DNA of 64,000 bases from an uncultured Candidatus Peribacteria bacterium (GTDB taxonomy: Bacteria; Patescibacteriota; Gracilibacteria; BD1-5; JAGOOR01). Position numbers and translations under genes: made by a program. The stretch covers positions 49,462 through 113,461 of the forward strand of contig CAZJBQ010000002.1 of NCBI GenBank assembly GCA_964544625.1. The letters are read 5' to 3'. Below, piece after piece: positions 53,231 to 64,000 of this stretch. Every line of letters starts with the position of its first letter. The first letter of the stretch is position 1. A model generated the notes under the pieces. That model was not told the DNA's origin. It saw only the letters and a program-made list of their open reading frames with translations, and did not search any database.

Positions 53231-55894
53231 TTACCCTTTATACTGCTTTAATTCCTCCCGCGCTTTCTCGATCTGTCGGAGGGTGACTTCTTTTTTCTCT
53301 TGCGTGAGTCGGATGACATTTTCTGGGGCTTTGCTGACGAATGTTGAATCCATGAGTTTGATTTCGAGAGTACGAACGTAGTCTTCTTTTTCGGCGATGA
53401 GTTTCTCGAGGCGTTCGATATCGTCATCGCGAGTACAAGCACTTGTATCGACGAAGACCTCTACTTCGCCTGCCATGCCGTAGGTGTATTTTTCACGAGA
53501 GAGTCCATCTTTGGTGAGTGTAAAGTTCACCTCACTTGCCTTACCGAGACCAGTGATGAGGGCGATATTGCGCTCGAGAGTGGCTCTATCGCGAGGGTTG
53601 GCATAGATAACGACAGCGACCGCTTCGCCTGGTTTGATTTTGCGATCACCACGAATAGTACGGATAGTTTTAACGACTTCAAAGACGGACTTAATCAGCT
53701 CTTCGCTTTCTTCATCGATTTCAAAAACGCATTCTGGCCATTCACTATCAATCAGTGTTTTCTTCGGTACGAGAATACCAGTGAGCGCTTCAGTCACAAA
53801 TGGGATATAGGGGTGCCAGAGCTTCAAAAGTGTGAGGAGGGTATACATCATCACTTCTTTTCCGTATTTTGAATCATCTTTTGAGAGTTTGAAACATTCA
53901 ATCGCATAGTCCGCGAATTCATCGCGCGTAAATGAGACGAGCTTGTCGCCCATCATCGAGAAATCATTCTCCTCCATACCACGAGTGACGTCGTTGGTTG
54001 TTCGTTTGAGTCTGGTGAGGATCCATCGCTCATAATCGAGGAGTTTGCTCCAATTTTTTTTCAGTGTTTTTTCGAGTTTTGTCGTATCGGTATCGACTTC
54101 GATTTTTTTCTCTCCACCCACATTCATCCAGACGAATCGTGCGACATTCCAGAGCTTATTGAGGAAGAGTTGATTGTTTTTTACACCATCGATGCTGAAT
54201 CGGAGATTATTCCCTGGAGTATTCCCAACGACGAGAGAGAGACGGAGGGCATCCGCAGAGTATTTCTTGATGACTTCGATTGGATCAATACCGTTATTGA
54301 GAGACTTCGAGAATTTACGACCTTGGTCATCCGTGACGAGACCGTGGAGGTAGATAGTTTTGAATGGCGTTTTATCTGTCAGTGCGTAGCCGAAGAGGAG
54401 CATGCGAACGACCCAGAAAAAGAGAATATCATGACCAGTTTCGAGCACTTGCGCTGGATAGTATTTTTCGAAGAGTTTCCCTGGTTTCTCGAAATTCCAA
54501 TCGAGCACTGCCATAGGCCAGAGTGCTGACGAAAACCACGTATCGAGGACGTCTTCATCACGGACGACATTGTCTTTACCGTGTTTTTTGTACAGCTTTG
54601 TCGGATCATCAGTGACGCCGAGGAGGTCTCCCGTTTCTTTGTCATAATACGCTGGTATCTGATGTCCCCACCAGAGCTGACGACTGATACACCAATCGTG
54701 GAGATTGGTCATCATGGTCTCAAATATAGCACCATATCTGTCTGGTACGATTTCGAATTCTTTTTTTGCCCAGCCAGCCATGACTTTTTCGCTGAGTTTC
54801 TTGTTGTCGACGAACCACTGTGTTGAGACAATGGTCTGGACACGCACCCCACCACGTTCAGAGTATCCGACCTGAGAGACGTGAGGTGTGACTTTCATGA
54901 GATTTCCTCTCCCGCGGAGCATATTGATCATGAGTTCGCGTGCTTCGAGCTCTGTTTTACCAGCGAAATCGCCCGTATGTTTCATCATGATACCATTTTC
55001 GTCGATGACGCGGTAATCGACGGGGAGATTATGGCGCTTGGCTGTTGCAAAATCAGCTGGATCGTGTGCCGGAGTGACCTTGACCGCGCCTGTTCCGAAT
55101 TCCATATCGACCATTTCATCACCGATAATTGGGATTTTGCGATTAGCGAAGGGGAGAATTGCTTCTTTTCCGATGAGTTTCTTGTATCGTTTATCCTTTG
55201 GATGCACGGCAATTGCCTGATCCGCGAGGAGAGTCTCGGGGCGTGTTGTGGCTATAACGAGCTCTTTATCAACTCCAGAGACGAAATAGGCGATTTCATA
55301 GAGAAATCCCGGTTCTTCTTTGTAGACGATTTCAGCATTGGAAATAACGGTTTTATCTTTCGGACAATAGTTCACCATATATTCACCACGATAGATGATT
55401 CACTCATTGTAGAGATGGACAAAAGTATCAGTCACGAGTTTGTTGTTCGCGTCATCGAGGGTGAATCGTTCATGGTCCCAACTGACACTCGCGCCCATCA
55501 TACGCATCTGGCCAGTGATGGTTCCGTGGCAGGCTTCTTTCCACTCCCAGACTTTTTCGAGAAATTTCTCACGTCCGATGACTTCTTTTTTGATTCCTTC
55601 TTTGGCGAGATTTTTTACCACGACATTTTGTGTCGAAATACCCGCATGATCGGTCCCTGGTACCCAGAGAGTTTCATCGCCTTTCATACGATGGTAGCGT
55701 ACCATGACGTCCTCGAGAGCGAGCATGAGAGCATGTCCTGTATGGAGTACTCCTGTGACATTTGGAGGCGGGAGAGGGATATAAAACGTCTTACCAGTGC
55801 GAGATTTTTTGGGAGCGTAGAGTCATTTTTTCTCCCACATTTCAGCGAGTGACGACTCAAATGCAGAAGGTTCGTAGACCTTTGGGAATTCCAT
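53231..55894 (-). CDS. valS: valyl-tRNA synthetase
   Basis: PPPNVTGVLHTGH and KFSKS motifs, C-terminal coiled coil. Fragments 53231 and 55400 are in frame with ATG 55894. Confidence 0.95.
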
Positions 55895-55951
55895 AGTTAT
55901 AGGGCAAAAATAATCAGAATGTGACTATTCTACGGTCTGTCCAGGAAATGC

Positions 55952-55981
55952 AAAAAAATCCGCTCGAAAAAGCGGATTTTT
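55952..55981 (-). terminator. terminator of the upstream 402-aa gene
   Basis: ATCCGCT/AGCGGAT stem with flanking A/T runs. Confidence 0.65.
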
Positions 55982-55998
55982 GTGGGATGGTTGCACTC

Positions 55999-57207
55999 TT
56001 AATTTGAGAAAAATCTCGATTCAGTATCTGAGATATCTTGAATAATAAATTGCTTATTCTCATTAAAAAATCATTTTTTCTTCTCACCACCAGTGGTTGT
56101 GAAATAGAGGTATTCTTGACCTTCATGCTTGTGAACTCCGTAAGTATGTTCATATGCGAGAGGTGTTGTCTCAATGCCACTTTCTGACAATAGTTGTATA
56201 GCTTTATGTTCACTATCAATCGTGAAATATTGTTTATCCATTTTATACCTCTTGCTTTTGGTTATAAAAGTAAGTTGTGGATGAGTAGCACTTACACAGA
56301 GTGTAAATTTCTCTCTCTTTTTATCCTTATGTGAACTGCCATCTCCAGTGTTTTCATATTTTCCTCCTTCCAAACGATACATCGTCCATCCTGTTCTCTC
56401 TACTGACAATGATTCAACTGCATCTAATGTATCTACATCTAGGGTGAAATCTCTTATTTTCTGTGCTGCAAATGTCTGTCTTTGTCTTGCAGGAAGTCTA
56501 TGAATCTGAAGTGTTTTGCCATTAAAAACAAGAATTTCTCTTTTCCCAACATGTATATGATCACCCTGAATTATGGCTTGTACATCAAAGTTCTGCGTTC
56601 AGCCATTTTTTACTAAGAAACTAATGATATTTGGTACGTGTGCCTTCTTCTCTCCTGCGTATTTTTGTTTTGCATCGTGGCCAATCCAGAGTTGTTCTGT
56701 CCCGCTTGCAGCAATGTCAGTGAAAATTCTATTTCCAGGTATGATACCATGTTCGAGGAGGCCAAGACGCTCTGGTTGATCTATAATAGCTCCAATATGC
56801 GGGGTATTATGAATATAGTGAGCTAATTCGGGATGTTTTTTGTGCAGACTATCACCCAAGAGTTGCATACATGCTTGTGCAATAATATTTCTGATTGCCG
56901 TATCTACTTGTATTGGTGGTAGCTTTCATTCAGATAGTTGTTCTGCTGTCTCTACCGGTTTGCTACCATAGTTCCTTATAAGTAATTCCACGATATCACG
57001 TACTCAAGCCAAAACTTCTTTAGAATTTTTCCCTCCAGATAAAATTGCTATATCTCCCATGCTTAATGGTTCGTTATTTTTTCTCCGGCGGAATATCTCA
57101 ATTCTTCTTATTCTGAGAGCTAATTTAGCTATATCAGTGGAAAATTTTCCTGGATGAGCTTTTGCATCCTCGATGATATCCAAAATACCTATATTTTCTG
57201 GTTCCAT
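55999..57207 (-). CDS. hypothetical protein (402 aa)
   Basis: Track ORFs 56071, 56599 and 57004 are all in one frame, joined by TGA. TAA at 55999. Confidence 0.55.
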
Positions 57208-57330
57208 GAATAAATACTTAGTAACTAATGAAACGTCACTATAAATAATTTTTTAAAAATGCAAGTTTTTTGTTTTCATGCACAAAAAACCCCACCAATT
57301 GGAGGGGTTTCAATGAAATAGAATATATAA

Positions 57331-57906
57331 TTATGGTGTTGTTGATGTTGTGCCAGTAGTTGTACCACCAGTAGATGTTTTTATGAGATCGCTTGTTGGA
57401 TCAAATGAAGTTCTCTCTGTTGTGACAGTTGAGTTGGTGCCTGGGATATTACAACTTCCGAGTTCATACTTGTCTGTATCGATTGATTTACCACTCACAT
57501 CATCAGCACCGTATTTTCCAGTATTGTTTGAGCTTTCAAAAGTTGCAGCAAGGAGATATCCAGTACCACCATCACAAGGCATATAAAAATAACCACATGT
57601 AGTTGCAGTTTTGCCATCCGCCTTGAGACAAGCAGTTGCTGTTGAGCCGAGTTTTTCGACGATATCTTTACCTGCCACTTCTTTGACATACTCAGCGAGT
57701 TTGCTAGCATCATCAGGGACAACTCATTTTGATTGTACGGCATCGAGGAGGACGATATTGATGGCATTGAGATCAGCGATACGAGTCGTATCACGAGCTC
57801 CTTTGATAAATTTACCATACTGTGAGATACCCGCTGTTGCGAGGATGGCGATGATAGCCATGACGACCATGAGTTCCACGAGTGTAAAACCTTTTTGATT
57901 TTTCAT
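57331..57906 (-). CDS. type IV pilin/pseudopilin
   Basis: Prepilin leader plus GFTLVELMVVMAIIAILA N-terminal helix. One TGA. Confidence 0.8.
57779..57897 (-). repeat. 119-nt near-identical 5' coding segment shared with the second pilin gene
   Basis: One mismatch versus 58445-58563. Confidence 0.85.
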
Positions 57907-58038
57907 ACTTGTTATGAGTCAGAAATAAAGATAAGTGTTGCTATTGTATTCGATTTATGTGCTTTTTTCAAGAAAAAAAGAGACTTTTCTCAAAAATATT
58001 TTTCGGATGAAGTTTTCAAAATCTTGTAGTGGTTTTAT

Positions 58039-58572
58039 CTACGCTTCTCCTGAGATAGTTTTTCCGGTTGGAATAAGATGAGAATCATCAAACGAACCAA
58101 CATCCCCGGCAGGATTATTGCAACTCCCTATCTCGTATTTGTCTGGATCGAGGGTTATGCCACTGACGTTATCCTGTGCATATTTTGCTCTATTGTTGGA
58201 GCTCTCAAATGGTGTTGCTAGGAGAAAACCCGTACCACCATCACAAGAAATATAATAATATCCGCAGTGAACGGGGTTGTCATTACTATTGAGACAAGCG
58301 GTAGATGTATTACCGAGTTGTTCAGCGATATTTTTCCCAGTGACTTCACGTATATAACGACTTAATTCTTGAGCATCACGGAGAACCACTCATTTCTTTT
58401 GAATTGCATCGACGAGAACCACATTGATAGCATTGAGATCATCAATACGAGTCGTATCACGAGCCCCTTTGATAAATTTACCATACTGTGAGATACCCGC
58501 TGTTGCGAGGATGGCGATGATAGCCATGACGACCATGAGTTCCACGAGTGTAAAACCTTTTTGGCGGTGCAT
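58039..58572 (-). CDS. type IV pilin/pseudopilin (paralog)
   Basis: Same N-terminal helix. The C-terminal domain is a diverged homolog (CGY.Y..CDGGTG.LLA..FESSNN). Confidence 0.8.
58445..58563 (-). repeat. 119-nt near-identical 5' coding segment shared with the first pilin gene
   Basis: One mismatch versus 57779-57897. Confidence 0.85.
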
Positions 58573-58656
58573 AATATGAATGGTATAGTTTTTTTGGGAG
58601 TTGTCACGGGATTGACGAGACTTTTTTTATTGTTGTGTCTGTGTATACTCTCGAGC

Positions 58657-59631
58657 ATGCATCTCATAATCAATCCTTCTGATATATATTACCTTACAGG
58701 GGTTCATTCACACGACCTGGGGGAGATAATGATACTGCTCAAGAAAAAAGGCGGAATTATTTTTTGTGATCAGCGAACCAGCGGGCTCTTTGATGCAAAA
58801 AAATACGAGATTATGGATGATAGAAAATTATGGGGGAAAACTCTCTCGCAATTCAAGACGCTCTCTGCTGATCCTGATTTTCTGGCACAATCGCTTCGTG
58901 CTAAAATCGAATGATATGGCGTAAAACTGACGATGAAAAAAAGTCCGATAATTGAGAAACGACTCATAAAAACACCGGGAGAAATAGAATCATTGAAGCA
59001 GTCACAATTGATGAATAAAAAAGTGTATGAACTCATCCTGTCATATGTAGTTCCATGAGTGACAGAAGAAGAAATAGCCCGTAAGATTCAAATTCTTCAG
59101 CTCAAGCTCGGGGCTGATGGTCCGAGTTTCCCCCCGATTGTTGCTTTCGGAGAAAATACCGCTATCCCACATCATAGCCCCACAGAGAGGAAGCTCGAAC
59201 GAGATGATGCAGTTTTGATAGATATGGGATTGATATGGAAAGGATATTGTTCGGATATGACGAGATGTTTACAAGTTCAAAGTTCAAAGTTCAAAGTTCA
59301 AAATAAAGGAAGTTTTCATGAAATATATTCTCTCCTCCAGAACGTTACACAAGATATTATATCTTGGGCAAAGCCGGGTATGAAAGTCGCAGATATCGAT
59401 AAAAAAGCTCGAAAAATGCTTGGGAAGTATGAACCGTATTTCACTCACTCACTCGGGCATTGAGTCGGTATCGATATTCACGAAGCTCCTCATGTATCTG
59501 GGAAATCGCGGGAAATCCTAGAGCCCGGGATGATCATCACTATTGAGCCAGGAATTTATATCGCAGGGAAGTATGGGGCGAGATATGAAGAAATGTGTTT
59601 AGTTGACAAGCAATGATTATCAGTATTATAG
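58657..59631 (+). CDS. pepP: Xaa-Pro aminopeptidase (M24B)
   Basis: HSLGHG(TGA)VGIDIHE and EPGIY motifs. Fragments 58561 and 59059 share a frame. Confidence 0.8.
59274..59301 (+). repeat. heptanucleotide tandem repeat (AGTTCAA x4) inside pepP
   Basis: Units at 59274, 59281, 59288 and 59295. Translated as ...[12 protein letters not shown]... Confidence 0.9.
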
Positions 59632-59647
59632 AATGATAATTTTTTAT

Positions 59648-59884
59648 ATGTCATTTCGCAACAATTTATTGGATACATCATCTCCATTCTTCTCAGAGCG
59701 CCACAGGCCTCTTCTTGTGGCAGAAACAGTACCACTCTCCGATGCTGATGCGAGAAGACTGGAACGTACGATGCGTAAAATGTTTGCCCTCCGGGCGAGT
59801 GACTGTGTCGGATATGCTCCGAGTGAAACCCAATTGGATCCAAATTTTCGATATCCTGCTTGGCTTACGAGGACGATGTATTAA
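59648..59884 (+). CDS. small hypothetical protein (78 aa)
   Basis: ATG 59648 to TAA 59882. Overlaps the convergent hydrolase gene by 20 nt. Confidence 0.3.
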   Translation: MSFRNNLLDTSSPFFSERHRPLLVAETVPLSDADARRLERTMRKMFALRASDCVGYAPSETQLDPNFRYPAWLTRTMY

Positions 59885-60716
59885 AAATTTCCTTGATTCT
59901 CCCTATCATTTCTCAATTAACAGTGCGAGAAACGCTATCATCTCCACTGCGGCAGAGATTGTGAGTCATTTCTCTCTGTCTATGAACGGTGATTTCTCCT
60001 CAATTATGCAATATCATTTCCGCAAAATTGGACCACTCATCTTTGTCGCCATGCCAACACTCTACGAGCGTATCTGTTGCATCTCGTTCATTAAGTATAT
60101 AAATAGTTTCCAATAAATGCTTATGAATAGGGACTGGCGGATCCTGAGGAGTAGTCTGTATCACGCCCCAACCATCTTCGCCCATTTTGAGATGTGTCAT
60201 GAGTTTTTGCATTGCTTGTTGCGAGTTTTCAGCTGATCAGAATTGCCCTAATAATCGTCCCAATATTGTTCTGTAGGAAACAATCCCTGATTTTCCGAGT
60301 AGTGCGAGAATAGCAGGATTTATCCCATGTGCTTTTGCGAGGGCATTATAGAGCGTCCAGAATCCGAGACTATTCCCAGCTAGTACGACTTTTTCTGGTT
60401 TTTTTTCTTCGAGAATTTGGTGGATGGCCCACAGAGTAGCCTCTTCGCAATCTTGAAGTGTCCAGATTATTTTTTCGTCAGAGACTCTATTGTTGATGCC
60501 ATGACCAGGATGTTCGATGGCGGCGAGGGAGTAGTCTCCATATCTATCGGCATTTTCACGCAAGTCACCTATAAAACCTGATTGATCTATGGTTGCGCCG
60601 AGTCATACTTGTGCTATGACGAGATGCTTAGGAGTTTTATTGTCTCGAAAAAATTTACCACGAGTCAGTATTCTGCTACCTCAGTCTGTTACTTCAAATA
60701 TCTCAGAAGGTTTCAT
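59865..60716 (-). CDS. alpha/beta-fold hydrolase
   Basis: GNSLGF nucleophile elbow. Fragments 60000 and 60237 share a frame and extend up to ATG 60716. Confidence 0.7.
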
Positions 60717-60814
60717 AAAACATATGATACATTTATATTTTTTTTGTCAAAAATACTCGCCAGAGCCGTTGACAAAAGAAAAATATCGGTATTTTGTCAC
60801 GAATAAGATTATTT

Positions 60815-63800
60815 ATGTGTAGTGTCACTCGTATAAGTGCTCCAGTTTCGGAAAATAACGACCAATATTCATACTTATTGGATAGGTTATGAATTTTGAG
60901 CGTAACACATCCACAGATTTGTTCTGTCAATGAGATGCGACAAACACAGCAGCTAATCGGCTGAATTGCAACGGGTTTTTCGACGGAAATGCGAACAGAA
61001 CAGTATGAGAAAATGCCTTTTTGCGACAAGGTAAATTTTATAAGAGCGTTTGTATTAACAGAACCGATTTGCGCATATCTCCAAAAAATGTATGAGAGTA
61101 ATCCTCAAATTATGCGGAGTGTTATGCATGTCACAAAGGGATTTTTAAGACAGGATCCTAGATATGATTTTGCATTTTTAGCATTACAGCTTTTTCTCGG
61201 TGATAGATTAGCACAGGATCATAGAGATATCGTCTCAAAAGCACGATGAGCTGAACAACTCAGCGAAATTGATGTCGAAAGATTGCGATTAATTTTGAAT
61301 AGTTGGACATATATGGCCATTGTACAAGAGTCTTCTTGGGGGTCTCCATCATCCCGTTTTCCAGTTAACTCATTTTTACAACAATTTTCCCCAGCATTTA
61401 TTGAGGTAGCTCATTGGCATGCTCCCCTTGAAACAAAATTGAAATCTTTTTTGCATGATGAAAACTGGACCAGTTTCCATGATAGAATATTGCATCTACG
61501 GTATGATGATTATCCAGAAGTGCTGCTCCGTATTGGTCCGATAAAAAACCACGAGACAATTTCTGTAGAAGAAATGTCAGCATTTCGTGCTCTCTTGGCG
61601 AGTCAAAATCTCGCTTGTTATGAGGGGATTATGCATGAGTTGTGACAAAAGGATATGCGTTACTTATGGTATCAAATCATAGCAGAAAAACCTAAACTAC
61701 TCCAAGAAGCACAGAGATTCCCTGTATGTCCTCCAAATCGTCTCAAACAACAAAATCCTCTACGTTATGCTTTAGAAGAGCTTTTAGGGAAGTTGCCTGA
61801 TAATTTTTATCGTTTACAACCGAGGAAACCCCTGTCACCATTTTCTGCTGTAGGTAGAGCCCCAGGAAAAGTAGTAAGAATTCTCGAGCGATTCGATTCC
61901 GAGCCTGATGATTTTGATTTAGTGAGTAAAGAAGAAAGAATACTTCTCCAAAAACGAGCCGAACTAAACCTCAGGATCACCAATATACTGAATGGAGCCG
62001 AGAAAGTGTCGACTGGAAAACTAGAGCAGCTCAAACAAGAAGAACGGGAAATATCTGCACGATTACGTCAGATAGTGAGCAAGATCCCAGATATATTATC
62101 AGCGGAAGATATACGAACAATAGAACAACAAAAAAAAGCGGAAGAGCACAGAGAAAAGCATATAGATATACATGTCGATTGAATACATTGGAATGCACCA
62201 CATAAATCACAAGCAACACATATTGATTTTTCTAATTGTGAAATTCCTGGTGGTGTATCAGCCGTACTTACTTGCGAGACGCCTTATGGTGATACTAGGG
62301 TGCTCGCGGAAGTTATTTTCCCGCTTGCAGATCCAATTCTTACAATACCGGATATTCAGGAGATGTATAAGGGGTGAAAATTTCACTATACAATGACATT
62401 TTCATGTCCTCCGTGAAAAGAATTTGCCATAGATACAACACAGATGGTTCGTCGTTTTAGTACAGACTATGTCAATCCGCAACTGACACCGGATGAGTTG
62501 AGAATGAGAGAAAGAGCAGCTGAAATACTAAAATTCAGAATCAAGAGAGCAAAAAAACTGCAGAAAAAAGAAGAAAAAGAAAAGCAGAAAATGTCATGAA
62601 GAAAAATACAAGACCAGACTCAGCCAATTCAGTTATCGGAATATGAGTGAGATATGGTGGTGCTTTGAATTATTCTCGAGGCGTTTCAGAACGATATCAA
62701 ACCAAGCGTGAGTGATGAGGGAGCTATTGTGTATAATCTCGCACAGCATCTCGCACAACTCGGGAAAGGATATATCTTACACGGCGATTATTCTCGAGTC
62801 ACTGTGAGCAAATGAGCCATATCTCCTACCGTAGACCCAGCCATTGCAGAACTCTTATATGTATTAGCGGAACGAGATAAACCACCCCAGAATGATTGAA
62901 CTCCTGTAGAACCAGAAGATCAACCAGATCCAGAATATCTCGCATTTCGTAGAGAATTGCAACCAATATTTGACGCTCTCAATACTTATCGTTTTGGTAC
63001 AAAAGAAAAATGAGCCACTAATGCTAATCCTTTTCCCACACTCAACGAACATCTCCGACAATTAGGGGCAAATATATATATGTCTTCAGACAAGCAAACT
63101 GTTACACTCCAGATACGGCCTGTTTTACCAGTGAGTAATAATAGAGCGCAAGTGAGAAAACAGCCAGGGAATATGGGTATATTTGCTCATCTCTTGTCGG
63201 GATGAAGTACAGATATGTCCAAAGTAACCTGTACATTAGCATATAATAAAAATCATGATACAGTGCTCCGTAGGGTGCATGGACAAAAGATTCCATTAAT
63301 GAGGGATTGTGGATGAAGTATTCCACCACCATCACTCAACTCTAGCCAAAGAAGAGCTATACGAGACCTAGAATTACGACTCAAAGAATTGCTCCATTTT
63401 TATTTTGCTTCTGCTGCAGAACGTGCTCATATAATCAGAGAAGAGCATGAATCACTCGATCTCGGGAAGAAATTTCAATCAGCACTGGAGAAATGACAGG
63501 CACGTCGTCTTCATTTAGCGGTTGATAATCTATTAGATAAGTATTCAAATGGAGTTGGTAATTTATTCCCACCACTTTCTCGGCCTCAAATAACATCCGA
63601 TGTTGGAGAGATGGTGCCCCTGTCTTGTCCGCCTTCAGACGAAACGGTCTATTTGCTCTATGCTGACAGCGCTATCGAATTCAAATGAGAAGGGAAAAAA
63701 TCAATTGATCCAAAACAAGTAGAAGAAACACGCGAACATAGGTTGGCTCGATTAGAAAGTCTCCGAGTGTCTCCCTGGTGACGGGAGCTCCTACGAGATC

Positions 63801-64000
63801 GAGTTGTAGCGACATTACAGGCAATAAAACGAGATAGAATCAATGTCTGATCTCCTGCCTTTGAGGCCCTGAAATCGTGTTTTACGGAGAATCAGTGGAA
63901 AAATAAATCACGAGAAAAAGCAGACGAGGCACTATTAGATAAATTTATTCAAGCCATGAAAGACAGGGAAGTGTCAGTGGCATTTCGTAGGCCTATTGTT
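60815..64000 (+). CDS. very large hypothetical protein, 3'-partial (runs off the window)
   Basis: Frame 2 is open from 60719 to the window end with only TGA interruptions. Track ORFs 60989, 61283 and 61655 are all in frame 2. The start is uncertain (60815, 60935 or 60989). Confidence 0.55.

Noticed and set aside
54881-55852. 323-aa plus-strand ORF in the track
   Set aside because: It lies entirely antisense to valS, whose motifs are unambiguous on the minus strand. Its composition (F/D/I/E-rich mirror of valS codons) looks like an antisense artefact.
55952-55981. Hairpin upstream of valS as a T-box or attenuator
   Set aside because: It directly follows the stop (55999) of the upstream 402-aa gene. 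It has no leader ORF or T-box bulge, and a separate TTGCAT/TAGAAT promoter lies between it and valS. It is an ordinary terminator.
1-64000. Translation table 4 (TGA=Trp, Mycoplasma-type)
   Set aside because: The TGA positions I could place in conserved motifs (KxRGA, NHAQGVA, GxGxxG of Asd, the Nudix-box G, GTGGM of ProB) are invariant glycines, not tryptophans.
1-64000. rRNA, tRNA, CRISPR arrays, IS elements, integrases, prophage modules
   Set aside because: I scanned for T-arm-like GGTTCGA/GTTCAAATCC motifs, regularly spaced direct repeats, terminal inverted repeats and transposase/integrase-like ORFs. I found none I could support.

Overview
This 64-kb chromosomal segment comes from a bacterium that reads TGA as a sense codon. 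TGA sits on invariant glycines, which fits translation table 25 (SR1/Absconditabacteria-Gracilibacteria type). The supplied standard-code ORF track therefore fragments almost every gene. I re-joined fragments that stay in one frame with no TAA/TAG, which gives about 70 tightly packed CDS on both strands.

Recognisable content:
- RNA processing and translation: ybeY, an RsmB/F-like m5C methyltransferase, rsmG, rlmE, ileS, valS, nusA, holB.
- Ribonucleotide reductase: nrdA and nrdB, each behind a near-identical promoter with tandem NrdR-type boxes, separated by about 6 kb of accessory genes.
- Envelope and surface: pepP, a FemAB-type transferase, two type IV pilins, and a phospholipid cluster (CDP-alcohol phosphatidyltransferase, CarS-like, psd).
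- Small hydrolases: several Nudix, MazG and NTPase proteins.
- Amino-acid genes: proB, ilvA, leuA, lysC-asd.

I found no rRNA, tRNA, CRISPR array, transposase or integrase.

Hunt results:
1. One attenuator blueprint recurs as eight units at six loci. Each unit is a leader ORF of 17-20 codons whose 3' end copies the 3' arm of a downstream terminator. The enriched leader residue matches the downstream pathway (Ile-ilvA, Leu-leuA, Thr/Lys-lysC-asd, Pro-proB, Ser-psd operon).
2. ileS is a single 1566-codon ORF with Nudix, histidine-phosphatase and alpha/beta-hydrolase domains inserted into the synthetase. It is preceded by a T-box-like antiterminator.
3. Heptanucleotide tandem repeats are embedded in frame in ybeY, the FemAB-type gene (two arrays) and pepP.
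4. Two ORF-poor, hairpin-dense regions look like unclassified ncRNAs.
5. Two genes are broken at T7 runs, and one in-frame TAA is followed by sequence that still looks coding.
6. Many start codons lie 6-7 nt after a -10 box, suggesting leaderless mRNAs.

All calls are made by eye from the sequence. Protein family assignments rest on motifs I recognise, not on searches.
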